From Candidatus Limnocylindria bacterium (GTDB taxonomy: Bacteria > Chloroflexota > Limnocylindria > QHBO01), in the NCBI GenBank assembly GCA_035700865.1, contig DASSOH010000024.1, positions 18,201 through 82,200 of the forward strand: a DNA stretch of 64,000 nucleotides. The letters are read 5' to 3'. Each line of letters begins with the position of its first letter. Position 1 is the first letter of the stretch. Under the pieces are notes generated by a model. The model was not told where the DNA came from, did not search any database, and saw only the letters and a list, made by a program, of their open reading frames with translations. Below are positions 8,192-18,169 of this stretch, in pieces. The position numbers were made by a program, and so were the translations under genes.

Positions 8192-11100
8192 GTGTTCAAG
8201 CCGGTATCGAGCAAGCTGGAGATGCCTGCCCTGGAGCAGGAGGTCATCGCGCGCTGGCGCGAGCGCGACACGATGGCCCGCTACCTGGCCCGCAACGAGG
8301 GGTCGGAGCGGCGCTACAGCTTCCTGGACGGCCCGATCACGGCCAACAACCCGATGGGCGTGCACCACGCCTGGGGCCGGACGTACAAGGACCTCTTCCA
8401 GCGCTTCCACACCATGCTCGGCGAGCGGCAGCGCTACCAGAACGGGTTCGACTGCCAGGGCCTGTGGATCGAGGTCAACGTCGAGCGCGAGCTGGGCTTC
8501 AACAACAAGCGCCAGATCGAGGAGTTCGGCATCGGCCGCTTCGTGGAGCTGTGCAAGGCCCGCGTCGACAAGTACGCCGCCATCCAGACCGAGCAGAGCA
8601 AGCGGCTCGGCTACTGGATGGACTGGGACCACTCGTACTACACGAACTCCGACGAGAACAACTACACGATCTGGGCGTTCCTGGCGCACTGCCAGCGCGA
8701 GGGCCTGCTGTACCGCGGCCACGACGTGATGCCGTGGTGCCCGCGCTGCGGGACCGGGATCAGCAACATGGAGGCGGCCGAGGGCTACGCGGAGGCGAAG
8801 CACACCTCGGTCACCGTGCGCCTCCCGATCACCACGCCCGGCCACGAGGGCGAGGACCTGCTGGTCTGGACGACGACGCCGTGGACGTTGTCGAGCAACG
8901 TCGCGGCGGCCGTCCACCCCTCGCTCATCTACCAGCTGGTGCAGGGCCGCGACGGCCGTCGCTGGTGGGTCAGCGCGGGCTCGAAGGCGCGCGTCGCGCG
9001 GGACGCCGAGGTGGTCGCGGAGGCGCAGGGCGCCGACCTGGTGGGCCTGACCTACGACGGCCCGTACGATCACCTGCCGATCGCCGCCGGCGTCGAACAT
9101 CGCGTCGTCGAGTGGCTGGAGGTGTCGGACGAGGAGGGGACCGGCATCGTCCACATCGCCCCGGGCTGCGGGCAGGAGGACTTCGCCCTCTCCAAGCTGC
9201 ACGGGCTGGCGGTCCTCGACCCCATCGACGAGTTCGGGGTGTTCAAGGACGGCTACGGCTGGCAGACCGGCCGCTACGCCGGCGCCACGGAGGACCCGGC
9301 GCAGGACCTCGCGCGCGACGTGGTCGAGGACCTCTCGAAGCGCGGCCTGCTGGTGGCGAAGGAAACCTACAGCCACTCGTACCCGCACTGCTGGCGCTGC
9401 GGCACCCAGCTCATCTTCCGCCTGGTGGACGAGTGGTTCATCGCCATGGACCCGCTGCGCGCGCCGATCAGCGAGTCGACGCGACGGGCCACCTGGCTGC
9501 CGGAGGGGATCGGCCTCCAGGAGCGCGAGCTCGACTGGCTCCGGAACATGGGCGACTGGATGATCAGCAAGAAGCGCTACTACGGTCTCGCCCTGCCCAT
9601 CTGGGAGTGTGTCGAGTGCGACGGCTGGGAGGTCATCGGCTCCAAGGAGGAGCTCCGGCAGCGGGCGGTCGCGGGCTGGGACGAGTTCGAGGGCCACTCG
9701 CCGCACCGGCCGTGGGTGGATGCCGTCGAGATCGCCTGCTCGAGCTGCGGCGGGCGCGCGCGCCGCACGACCGACGTCGGCAACCCCTGGCTGGACGCGG
9801 GCATCGTGGGGCTCTCGACGCTGGGGTGGAACTCCGACCGCGCCTACTGGGAGGAGTGGTACCCCGCGGACTTCGTGACCGAGTCGTTCCCCGGGCAGTT
9901 CCGCAACTGGTTCTACGCGCTGCTGACCGAGTCGACCGTCATGACCGGCCAGGCACCGTTCCGCACGCTCTTCGGCTACGCGCTGCTCCGCGACGAGCAG
10001 GGCGAGGAGATGCACAAGAGCAAGGGGAACGCGATCTGGTTCGACGACGCCGCGGAGCGCATCGGCGCCGACGTCATGCGCTGGATGTACGCCAGCGCGA
10101 ACCCGGCGGTGAACCTCAACTTCGGCTACCACCTGGCGCACGAGGAGGTCCGGCGCTTCTTCCTGCCGCTGTGGAACACCTATGGCTTCTTCGTCACCTA
10201 CGCGCGCCTCGACGGCTGGACGCCGGACCAGACCGATGGCGCCGCCGGCGCCCGGACCCTCCTGGACCGATGGATCCTCTCGCGGCTCGACGCGCTGGTG
10301 GGGGAGGTGCGGGACGGCTTCGCCGGCTACGACGCCATGCGGGCCGCCCGGGCGATCGAGGCCTTCGTCGACGACCTCTCGAACTGGTACGTCCGCCGCA
10401 ACCGGCGCCGCTTCTGGAAGGGCGAGCTGGATGCCGACAAGCGCGCCGCCTACGCGACGCTGCACGAGGTGCTGACCACCCTGGCGCGGCTCATGGCGCC
10501 CGTCGTGCCGCACCTGGCCGATGCGCTGTGGGAGAACCTGGTCGTCTCCGTGGATGCCTCCGCCCCCGACAGCGTGCATCTCACCGACTTCCCCGAGCGC
10601 GTTCCGGGGCGTGCCGATCCCGCCGTCGACGCGGCCGTGGACCTCGCCCGCCGGACCGTGGCGCTGGGTCGCGCGGCACGCTCGGCGTCCGGGCTGCGGA
10701 CGCGTCAGCCGTTGCGCGCGGTGCAGGTGAAGCTCCCGGCGTCGGCGCGCGGCGCGCTGAGCCCGGATGCGGCCGTGACTCGGGAGCTGACGGAGCAGAT
10801 CACCGAGGAGCTGAACGTGAAGGCGCTCGAGCTGATCGGCGACGAGGCCGAGATGGTGGAGCGGACGCTGTACCCGCTGCTGCCGGTCCTCGGCCCACGC
10901 CATGGCAAGGCGGTCGGCGCCATCATGGCCGGCGTCCGTGGCGGTGACTGGCAGGTCCACGAGGACGGCACGGCGACCGTCGGCGGGGTCAGCCTGCAGC
11001 CCGACGAGTTCGAGCTGACGGCCCGGGCGCGCGCCGGCCACGAGGTGGCGGAGGATGGCGACCTCTTGGTCGCGCTGGACACGACGCTGGACGCCGAGCT

Positions 11101-11389
11101 GCAGGCCGAAGGCCTGGCGCGCGAGGTGGCGCACCGGCTGCAGGCCATGCGCAAGGCCGCCGGCTACGACATCGACGACCGAGTGGCCGTGGCGGTACGC
11201 GGAGACGCCGACACCGTGCGGCGCCTGACGCCGTACCGGGACTGGCTCGCGGAGGAGCTGCTGGCGACCGCGCTCGATCTCGGCGAGGCCGTCACGCTGG
11301 CCGCGCCCGATCGTCGCGAGACGGCCGAGCTCGACGGGGTCACGCTGGACCTCGCCGTGGCGCGCACCACGGGGACCGGCGTCCGGTAG
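8192..11389 (+). CDS. ileS: isoleucyl-tRNA synthetase
   Basis: GTG start gives VFKPVSSKLEMPALEQEV..., matching Thermus-type IleS N-termini (MFKEV...). HMLGERQ-type class I motifs and KMSKS (MHKSKGN). About 1066 aa. Confidence 0.93.
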   Translation: MFKPVSSKLEMPALEQEVIARWRERDTMARYLARNEGSERRYSFLDGPITANNPMGVHHAWGRTYKDLFQRFHTMLGERQRYQNGFDCQGLWIEVNVERELGFNNKRQIEEFGIGRFVELCKARVDKYAAIQTEQSKRLGYWMDWDHSYYTNSDENNYTIWAFLAHCQREGLLYRGHDVMPWCPRCGTGISNMEAAEGYAEAKHTSVTVRLPITTPGHEGEDLLVWTTTPWTLSSNVAAAVHPSLIYQLVQGRDGRRWWVSAGSKARVARDAEVVAEAQGADLVGLTYDGPYDHLPIAAGVEHRVVEWLEVSDEEGTGIVHIAPGCGQEDFALSKLHGLAVLDPIDEFGVFKDGYGWQTGRYAGATEDPAQDLARDVVEDLSKRGLLVAKETYSHSYPHCWRCGTQLIFRLVDEWFIAMDPLRAPISESTRRATWLPEGIGLQERELDWLRNMGDWMISKKRYYGLALPIWECVECDGWEVIGSKEELRQRAVAGWDEFEGHSPHRPWVDAVEIACSSCGGRARRTTDVGNPWLDAGIVGLSTLGWNSDRAYWEEWYPADFVTESFPGQFRNWFYALLTESTVMTGQAPFRTLFGYALLRDEQGEEMHKSKGNAIWFDDAAERIGADVMRWMYASANPAVNLNFGYHLAHEEVRRFFLPLWNTYGFFVTYARLDGWTPDQTDGAAGARTLLDRWILSRLDALVGEVRDGFAGYDAMRAARAIEAFVDDLSNWYVRRNRRRFWKGELDADKRAAYATLHEVLTTLARLMAPVVPHLADALWENLVVSVDASAPDSVHLTDFPERVPGRADPAVDAAVDLARRTVALGRAARSASGLRTRQPLRAVQVKLPASARGALSPDAAVTRELTEQITEELNVKALELIGDEAEMVERTLYPLLPVLGPRHGKAVGAIMAGVRGGDWQVHEDGTATVGGVSLQPDEFELTARARAGHEVAEDGDLLVALDTTLDAELQAEGLAREVAHRLQAMRKAAGYDIDDRVAVAVRGDADTVRRLTPYRDWLAEELLATALDLGEAVTLAAPDRRETAELDGVTLDLAVARTTGTGVR

Positions 11390-11390
11390 A

Positions 11391-11927
11391 GTGGAGTCCG
11401 TGGAGGCGAGCACCATCGAGACGAACGCGAGGCCGGCGACGAGCCGGCACGTCGTCCTGCTCGCGCTGGTGGCCGTCGTCCTCTACGTCGCCGATCAGCT
11501 CACCAAGGCGCTCGTGGTCGCCAACATCGAGCCGGGCCAGCGGATCTCGGTGGTCGGGGACCTGGTGCAGCTGTGGCACGTCCGCAACGACGGAGCCGCG
11601 TTCAGCCTCCTGCCCGGCGCCACGTGGCTGTTCATCCCGGTGCACCTGTTCGCGATCGGCATGGTCGTCTACTTCGCCCGCGCCTTCCGCGACCGTGGCC
11701 CGTGGATCCACGTCGTGCTGGGCGCCATCCTGGCCGGATCGCTCGGCAACCTGACCGATCGGGTGCGCCTGGGGTACGTCGTCGACTTCGTGAGCGTCGG
11801 CATCGGTGACATGCGCTGGCCGACCTTCAACGTCGCCGATCCGTCGATCGTGATCGGCATCCTGGTGCTCGTCGCCTACCTCACCTTCGTTGACGGTCGC
11901 GAGCCGCGCGACGCCGGCCGGGCGTGA
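11391..11927 (+). CDS. lspA: lipoprotein signal peptidase II
   Basis: Immediately after ileS. Motifs NDGAAFSLL, GNLTDRVRLGYVVDF, FNVADPSIVIGI are typical of LspA. Confidence 0.9.
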   Translation: MESVEASTIETNARPATSRHVVLLALVAVVLYVADQLTKALVVANIEPGQRISVVGDLVQLWHVRNDGAAFSLLPGATWLFIPVHLFAIGMVVYFARAFRDRGPWIHVVLGAILAGSLGNLTDRVRLGYVVDFVSVGIGDMRWPTFNVADPSIVIGILVLVAYLTFVDGREPRDAGRA

Positions 11928-12898
11928 CGGCGGTGGCCGACCGGACCGTCGAGGGCGAGGCATCGGCGGGACGGGTCGACCTCGCGGTGGCCGCCGTCGC
12001 GGGGATCAGCCGCGCCCATGCCCAGCGGCTCATCGGTGACGGCCGCGCGCTGGTCGACGGGCAGCGGCGGAGGTCGAGCGACCGGCTCCACGGCGGCGAG
12101 CGGGTGACGGTCGAGCTCACGGCGCCGCCGGATGCCCGGCTGCTGCCCGAGTCGATCCCGCTGCGCATCGCCTACGAGGACGCGTCGATGCTCATCGTCG
12201 ACAAGCCCGCCGGCCTGGTCGTCCACCCGTCGGCCGGTCACGGCACGGGGACGCTGGTCAACGCGCTGCTCGGCCGCGCCCAGGACCGCGGCGAGGCCCT
12301 CGGGTCCATCGCCGGCGTCGGTCGGCCGGGCATCGTCCATCGGCTCGACAAGGAGACGAGCGGGCTGCTGGTGGTGGCCAAGACCGACGCGGCGCAGGCG
12401 AGCCTCATGCGCCAGTTCGGCGAGCGAACGGTCGACAAGGAGTACCTCGCCCTGGTGCGCGGAGAGGCACCGGCCGCGCGCGGGCGGATCGAGGCGCCGA
12501 TCGGCCGCGACCCGCAGGACCGTCAGCGCATGGCGGTGGTCGCCGGCGGCCGAGAATCGGTGACCGAGTACGAGCAGCTGGCCAGCGGCGGCGGCTACAC
12601 CCTCCTCTCCCTGCACCCGCGCACCGGGCGCACGCACCAGATCCGCGCGCACCTGGCGTATCTGGGCCTGCCGATCGCCGGCGACCTGCGCTACGGCGGG
12701 GGAGAGGGGCCCGGCGGGCTGCGCCGCCAGTTCCTGCATGCGGCACGGCTGCGGCTGGAGCGCCCGGCGGACGGCGCGATGCTCCGCGCCTGGAGCGAGC
12801 TGCCGCCCGAGCTCGCCGCCTGCCTCGACGCGACGGGCATCCGCGGCGAGATCGCGGCACTGCCGGTCGGCGTGGGCACGGAGGTGGAGGAAGCATGA
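11924..12898 (+). CDS. rluD: RluA-family 23S rRNA pseudouridine synthase (RluD-like)
   Basis: S4-like N-terminus, catalytic HRLDKETSGLLVVAKT motif, and canonical ileS-lspA-rluD order. Confidence 0.85.
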   Translation: MTAVADRTVEGEASAGRVDLAVAAVAGISRAHAQRLIGDGRALVDGQRRRSSDRLHGGERVTVELTAPPDARLLPESIPLRIAYEDASMLIVDKPAGLVVHPSAGHGTGTLVNALLGRAQDRGEALGSIAGVGRPGIVHRLDKETSGLLVVAKTDAAQASLMRQFGERTVDKEYLALVRGEAPAARGRIEAPIGRDPQDRQRMAVVAGGRESVTEYEQLASGGGYTLLSLHPRTGRTHQIRAHLAYLGLPIAGDLRYGGGEGPGGLRRQFLHAARLRLERPADGAMLRAWSELPPELAACLDATGIRGEIAALPVGVGTEVEEA

Positions 12899-13524
12899 CC
12901 CCCGGCACGGACGCGGAGAAGCGCATGACCTTCCCGAACCCGATGCTGGTGGTCGTGTCGGGGCCGTCGGGCGTCGGGAAGAGCACCATCGTGGCCGAGC
13001 TGGCCAGGCGACGCCCCCAGGTCGTGCCGATCGTGACGGCCACGACGCGCGCGAGGCGCGCCAACGAGATCGACGGCGTGCACTACCACTTCCTCAGCGA
13101 GCAGCAGTTCCGCGAGCTGATCGACCGCGACGGCCTCCTCGAGCACGCGGACAACCACGGCTACTGGTACGGGACGCCGGTCGACCAGGTCCGCGGCATC
13201 CTGGCCGCCGGCCGCGACGCCATCCTCACCATCAGCCCGGAGGGCGCCCGCAACGTCCGGCGCCACGTCCCGGACGCGCTCCTGATCTTCGTGATGCCGC
13301 CGACCATGGAAGCGCTCGCCGCGCGGCTCCGCGGTCGGGGATCGGAGTCGGAGGAGAGCATCGCCCGACGCCGTCGCGATGCGGAACGCTGGATGGCCGA
13401 GTCCGGCGACTACGACTACGTGGTGGTGAACGAGACCGGCCACCCCGAGGAGGCGGCCGAGCGCATCTGGGAGATCATCCAGGCGGAGGCGCGCCGCGAT
13501 CCTCCGCGCCGCCCCAGGGTGTGA
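12895..13524 (+). CDS. gmk: guanylate kinase
   Basis: P-loop VVSGPSGVGKSTI, TTRARRANEIDGVHYHF, GYWYGTP. Confidence 0.9.
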   Translation: MTPGTDAEKRMTFPNPMLVVVSGPSGVGKSTIVAELARRRPQVVPIVTATTRARRANEIDGVHYHFLSEQQFRELIDRDGLLEHADNHGYWYGTPVDQVRGILAAGRDAILTISPEGARNVRRHVPDALLIFVMPPTMEALAARLRGRGSESEESIARRRRDAERWMAESGDYDYVVVNETGHPEEAAERIWEIIQAEARRDPPRRPRV

Positions 13525-13544
13525 GCCCGACGGCACCCGGGCCG

Positions 13545-15938
13545 ATGACTTCGCCGCCAGTGCCGGACGCACGCGTCCGCGTCGCCGTCGAGGCCCTGGC
13601 CGACCGGCCGGAGCGCACCTTCAGCTACGTGTTGCCGGCGGAGCTCGGCCCGGCCGAGCCGGGCAGCCTCCTGCTGGTGCCATACGGGCGGCGCCTGGCG
13701 TTGGGGTACCTGCTGCCGCCCGAGGGGCCTCCGCCAGCGTCCGACGAACCGGCGGCCGAGGCCGACGGCGCGCTCAAGTCCGTGGAGGCCGTCGTGTCGT
13801 CGCCGATGCTGACGCCCGACCTGCTGGCCCTCGCCGAGGAGATCGCGGCCTACTACCGCGCACCGGTGGGCACGACCCTGGCCGCCATGCTGCCGCCCGG
13901 GCTCGAGTCCCGACTCCTCCGCCGCTGGCGGGTGGCCGACCCCGCGGAGCTGCCGCCGGCCGCGCGCCCGCTGGTCGACGCCGATGGCTGGATCGCCGAT
14001 GCCGCCCTCCTGCGTCACGCGCCCCGTCGTGGACGGACCGCCTGGCTGGAGGGGCTCCGCCGCCGCGGCGTGATCCGCGCCGAGTGGTCGCTGCGTCCGG
14101 CCAGCGTCAGCGAGCGCCGGATCCGCACCATCCGCCGCCTGGAGGGTGGTGACGAGCCGCTGCGGCGCGCACCGGTGCAGCGCGCGATCCTCGAGGCGCT
14201 GGGCGACGACGAGCTGACCATGCCCGAGCTCGCGCAGCGGCTCGACGCGGAACCCGCGTCGCTCCTGGCGCCCGCACGCCGGCTGGAGGCACTCGGACGG
14301 GTCGAGCTGGGCTGGCGCAGCGTGGACCGCGACCCGCTGGCGCATCGGTCGCCGGCCGATCCGCTCCGCCACGCGCTCGCCGCGGAGCAGCTCGACGCGC
14401 TCGCGGCCATCGAGCAGCTGCCGCCGGGCGGTGAGCTGCTGCTGCAGGGCGTCGCTGCCTCGGGCAAGACCGACGTCTACCTCGCGGCGGTGGAGGCGGC
14501 GCTGGAGGCCGGTGGCAGCGCCATCCTGCTGGTCCCCGAGACGAGCCTCATCCCGCAGCTCGCGGATCGCGTGCGTGCCGTCGTCGGCGAGGCGCTCGCC
14601 GTCGTCCACTCGGGCCTGTCGGCGGGGGAGCGCCACGACGAGTGGTGGCGCATCCTGCGCGGCGAGGCGCGGGTGGTCGTCGGCACCAGGACGGCGGCGT
14701 TCGCCCCGTTGCGCGACCTGCGCCTGATCGTCGTCGACGAGGAGCACGAGGGCGGCTACAAGTCGGACCGGACGCCTCGCTACGATGCGCGCTGGGTCGC
14801 CCGTCGCCGCGCCGCGCTGGTCGGAGCCCGCGCCATCTTCGGCTCGGCGACGCCCGACCTGGTGACGCTGGCCCGGGTGCGTGGCGGCCACGCGGAGCGT
14901 GCGCACCTCGCCGCGCGCCGCGTGGGCGAGGCGCCGAGCATCGAGGTCGTCGACATGCGGAGCGAGCTGACGTCCGGCAATCGCTCGATCTTCTCCGCAG
15001 CGCTGGCCGATGCCCTCGGCGCCCTGCGCCGCGGGCGCGAGCAGGCCGTGCTCCTGATCAACCGCCGCGGTGCGGCGACCTTCATCCTGTGCCGCGACTG
15101 CGGCGAGTCGCTGCGTTGCCCCGACTGCGATCTGCCCTTCGTCTTCCACCTGGCGGGTGGGACGCTGCGGTGCCACCACTGCGGCCGCACCGCCGCGGCC
15201 AGCGAGACGTGCCCCAGCTGCGGCAGCCGCCGGATCCGGTACTTCGGGGCCGGCACGCAGCGGGTCGAGGCGGAGCTGCACGGCCGGTTCCCGGGCCTGC
15301 GCATCGGGCGCCTCGACTCGGACGCGCTGGCCGCGAGGCGCGGCTTCGAGGCCGCCTACGACGACTTCCGCGACGGCCGCATCGACGTGCTGGTCGGGAC
15401 CCAGCTGGCGGCGAAGGGCCTGGACCTGCCGACGGTGACGCTCGCCGCGGTCGTGGCCGCCGACGTGACGCTCAACCTGCCGGACTACCGGGCGGCGGAG
15501 CGGACCTTCCAGCTCCTGGCCCAGGTGGCCGGGCGCGCGGGCCGCGGGCCCGACCCGGGTCGCGTGATCTTCCAGACCTACGCGCCGTCGCACTACGCCG
15601 TGCGGAGCGCGGCCGCGCTGGACGTGGACGCCTTTGCCGACGAGGAGCTCCTCAGGCGCCGCCTCCTCGGCTATCCGCCGTTCAGCGTTCTCGCCCGCCT
15701 GCTGATCGCCGATCCGGACCGTGCGACCGCCGAGACGCGCGGGCGCGAGGCCGCCGAGGCGGTCGCCGCGCCGGGCATCGAGGTGCTGGGACCGCTCCCC
15801 GGCTACGTTCCGCGGCGCGCCGGACGGTATCGGTTCCAGGTCATCCTGCGGGCTCCCGACGCGGTGACCCGAGCCGCGGCGCTGGAGCGCGTGCCGCCGC
15901 GCGTGGCCATCGACGTGGACCCCGAGTCGCTCCTGTGA
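13545..15938 (+). CDS. priA: primosomal protein N' (replication restart helicase)
   Basis: Walker A GVAASGKT, DEEHEGGYK, and Zn-binding cysteine cluster CRDCGESLRCPDCDLPFVFH...CHHCG...CPSCGS. The ATG at 13545 is the in-frame start inside the longer 12738..15938 ORF. Confidence 0.9.
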   Translation: MTSPPVPDARVRVAVEALADRPERTFSYVLPAELGPAEPGSLLLVPYGRRLALGYLLPPEGPPPASDEPAAEADGALKSVEAVVSSPMLTPDLLALAEEIAAYYRAPVGTTLAAMLPPGLESRLLRRWRVADPAELPPAARPLVDADGWIADAALLRHAPRRGRTAWLEGLRRRGVIRAEWSLRPASVSERRIRTIRRLEGGDEPLRRAPVQRAILEALGDDELTMPELAQRLDAEPASLLAPARRLEALGRVELGWRSVDRDPLAHRSPADPLRHALAAEQLDALAAIEQLPPGGELLLQGVAASGKTDVYLAAVEAALEAGGSAILLVPETSLIPQLADRVRAVVGEALAVVHSGLSAGERHDEWWRILRGEARVVVGTRTAAFAPLRDLRLIVVDEEHEGGYKSDRTPRYDARWVARRRAALVGARAIFGSATPDLVTLARVRGGHAERAHLAARRVGEAPSIEVVDMRSELTSGNRSIFSAALADALGALRRGREQAVLLINRRGAATFILCRDCGESLRCPDCDLPFVFHLAGGTLRCHHCGRTAAASETCPSCGSRRIRYFGAGTQRVEAELHGRFPGLRIGRLDSDALAARRGFEAAYDDFRDGRIDVLVGTQLAAKGLDLPTVTLAAVVAADVTLNLPDYRAAERTFQLLAQVAGRAGRGPDPGRVIFQTYAPSHYAVRSAAALDVDAFADEELLRRRLLGYPPFSVLARLLIADPDRATAETRGREAAEAVAAPGIEVLGPLPGYVPRRAGRYRFQVILRAPDAVTRAAALERVPPRVAIDVDPESLL

Positions 15939-15960
15939 GGTGGCTACAATTGGCGCCGCC

Positions 15961-16467
15961 ATGGTCATCCGCCGCATCCTCACCGCCGACGAGCCCATCC
16001 TCCGCGAGCGCACCAAGAAGGTGTCCAGCTTCGACGCCAGCCTGCATCGGCTCCTCGACGACATGCTCGAGACGATGCGCGACGCCCCGGGCGTCGGCCT
16101 GGCCGCGAACCAGATCGGCGTCCCGCTGCAGGTGGCCGTGATCGAGGTCGACGGCAAGATCACCGAGCTGGTCAACCCGCAGATCGTCAAGTCCTCGGGC
16201 GAGCAGACCGATTGGGAGGGCTGCCTCTCCATCCCGGGCTTCGTCGCCGAGGTGACGCGCGCCGCGAAGGTCACCGTGAAGGCGCGGGATCGGCACGGCA
16301 GGGAATTCCGGGTCAAGGGCGAGGAGCTGTTCGCTCGGGCGCTGCAGCACGAGATCGACCACCTGAACGGCGCCCTGTACATCGACTACCTCGAATCCCT
16401 CGAGGAGCTCGTCCGCGTCTCGGAGGCTCCCGACGAGGTGGAGGAAGAGACGGCCGCCGGCATCTAG
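15961..16467 (+). CDS. def: peptide deformylase
   Basis: GVGLAANQIG, EGCLSIPG, HEIDHLNG metal-binding motifs. The ATG at 15961 is preferred over the GTG at 15940. Confidence 0.9.
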   Translation: MVIRRILTADEPILRERTKKVSSFDASLHRLLDDMLETMRDAPGVGLAANQIGVPLQVAVIEVDGKITELVNPQIVKSSGEQTDWEGCLSIPGFVAEVTRAAKVTVKARDRHGREFRVKGEELFARALQHEIDHLNGALYIDYLESLEELVRVSEAPDEVEEETAAGI

Positions 16468-17423
16468 TGGGACGCATCGGCCGGATCGCATTCCTGGGAA
16501 CGGGCGCGTTCGGCGTGCCGCTGCTCGCGCACGTCCTCGACGCCGCCGACGACCTGCTCGTCGTCAGCCAGCCGGATCGTCCGGCCGGCCGCCAGCTCCA
16601 GCTCCGCGCGACGCCCATCGCCGCGCTGGCCCGCGAGCGCGGCGCCCGGGTCGTGACGCCGACCCGGCTGCGCGCCGAGGAGGCGAAGGAGGCGATCCGG
16701 GACTTCGCGCCGGACGGGCTGCTGCTGGTCGCGTACGGCCAGCTGGTTCCGCGCGACCTGCTGGAGCTCGCGGAACGTCCGCCGCTGAACGTCCACCCGT
16801 CGCTGCTGCCCCGGCACCGTGGAGCGGCCCCGGTGGCCGGGACGATCCTCGCCGGCGACCCCGAGGGCGGCGTGACGCTGATGGTGATGACCCCCGAGCT
16901 CGACGCCGGCCCGATCGTGGCCCGCTGGCCGGTCGCGCTGACCGGGCGCGAGACGACCCCGGAGCTCGAGGCGCGGCTGTCGGACCTGGCCGCCGAGGTC
17001 GTTCCCGCCGAGCTGGAGCGCTGGGCGGTTGGCGATCTGACGATGACGCCGCAGGACGATCGCGCCGCGACGCACGTCCACCCGTTCACCCGGGCGGACG
17101 GCTGGATCGACTGGCGGCGGTCCGCGGTCGACATCGATCGCCAGGTGCGCGCGCTGCAGCCGTGGCCGGGGACGTGGACGACGCTGGACGATCGTCGCGT
17201 CCACGTCCGTCGCGCGCGACCGGTGGCCGGCGTGGACGCCGTGCCGGTCGGCGCCCTGCTGCCCGGCGAGGTGCCCCGCGTGGCCTGCGGCGTTGGCGCG
17301 ATCGAGCTCGAAGTGGTCCAGCCCGAGGGGCGGCCGACCATGCCGGCCGACGCGTGGCGGCGCGGGCTCCCGCGCGACCACGTCCTGCTCGGCGCCGGCC
17401 GGCCGGAGGAAGCGCTCCGCTGA
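16467..17423 (+). CDS. fmt: methionyl-tRNA formyltransferase
   Basis: GTG overlaps the def stop. N-terminus IAFLGTGAFGVP, then NVHPSLLPRHRGAAPV and the C-terminal domain. def-fmt pair. Confidence 0.88.
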   Translation: MGRIGRIAFLGTGAFGVPLLAHVLDAADDLLVVSQPDRPAGRQLQLRATPIAALARERGARVVTPTRLRAEEAKEAIRDFAPDGLLLVAYGQLVPRDLLELAERPPLNVHPSLLPRHRGAAPVAGTILAGDPEGGVTLMVMTPELDAGPIVARWPVALTGRETTPELEARLSDLAAEVVPAELERWAVGDLTMTPQDDRAATHVHPFTRADGWIDWRRSAVDIDRQVRALQPWPGTWTTLDDRRVHVRRARPVAGVDAVPVGALLPGEVPRVACGVGAIELEVVQPEGRPTMPADAWRRGLPRDHVLLGAGRPEEALR

Positions 17424-17430
17424 TCGGCGC

Positions 17431-17445
17431 CGGCCCCCGGGGCCG
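17431..17445. terminator. GC hairpin between convergent fmt and BON genes
   Basis: cggccc-ccg-gggccg inverted repeat within the 27-nt convergent gap. Confidence 0.3.
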
Positions 17446-17450
17446 GGCTC

Positions 17451-18032
17451 TCAGTGGGCCAGGCTGTGCACGTCCGTCGGCGCCGTCTCGCCGGGCAGGT
17501 GCATCAGGTCGTGGACGCTCCACACGCCCTCGATCCGCTCGGCTCGCTGCACCAGCTCACGGCGCATGGCGTCGTCCGGGATCTCGCCCCGCAGGACCAC
17601 GATGCCGTGCTCGACGTTGATGTTCAGGTCGCCCTTCGGAACGCTCGGGTCGGCGAACAGCTCGCTCTGCACGCGGTCCGCGATGGTCGCGTCGTTCCCC
17701 GGGTCCTCGCCGTCGTGGCCGCCGGCCGCTCGGATCGCGGCCACCCGACCCTCGACCGCGGCGCCGACGCGCCGGGTCTCGCGCTCGAGCTGCCGCCCGG
17801 CACGCCGAACGGCCGCGGCGGACTGGTCGGCCAGGCGCGCGCGGCGTGCGCGGCCGCGGGCGGGGTCCAGCAGCATGGCGGCGGCAGCGCCGGCGGCGGC
17901 ACCGAGGGCGGACAGCCCCAGCGCGCCCATCCAGCCCGGACCGCTGTTTCCGCTGGCCGCCAGGCGGGCGCGGCGGCGCGTCTCGTTGGCGACGTCGTCG
18001 CCCCGGTGAAGAAGTCTTGTCAGGAGGTCCAT
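17451..18032 (-). CDS. BON-domain (OsmY-like) membrane-anchored protein
   Basis: C-terminal BON domain (DLNINVEHGIVVLRGEIPDDAMRRELVQRAERIEGVWSVHDL) and one TM. Start chosen at MDLLTRLL with a GAGGAA RBS 9 nt upstream. The ORF track extends further 5'. Confidence 0.65.
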   Translation of the reverse strand: MDLLTRLLHRGDDVANETRRRARLAASGNSGPGWMGALGLSALGAAAGAAAAMLLDPARGRARRARLADQSAAAVRRAGRQLERETRRVGAAVEGRVAAIRAAGGHDGEDPGNDATIADRVQSELFADPSVPKGDLNINVEHGIVVLRGEIPDDAMRRELVQRAERIEGVWSVHDLMHLPGETAPTDVHSLAH

Positions 18033-18127
18033 CGGTCGTTCCTCTGCGTATCGTCTGATAGATCCGGCACGCACGCGGCGTGCCGTGCATCGGCCGGACG
18101 GCTGGGGAATGGGGGACCGTTCGGTCG

Positions 18128-18135
18128 GATATACT
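18128..18135 (+). promoter_or_regulatory. -10 element GATATACT upstream of Zn-peptidase gene
   Basis: TATACT hexamer about 35 nt upstream of the ATG at 18170. Confidence 0.3.
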
Positions 18136-18169
18136 CGACCGAGCCCTCACGGAGGTGGGCAACACACCG

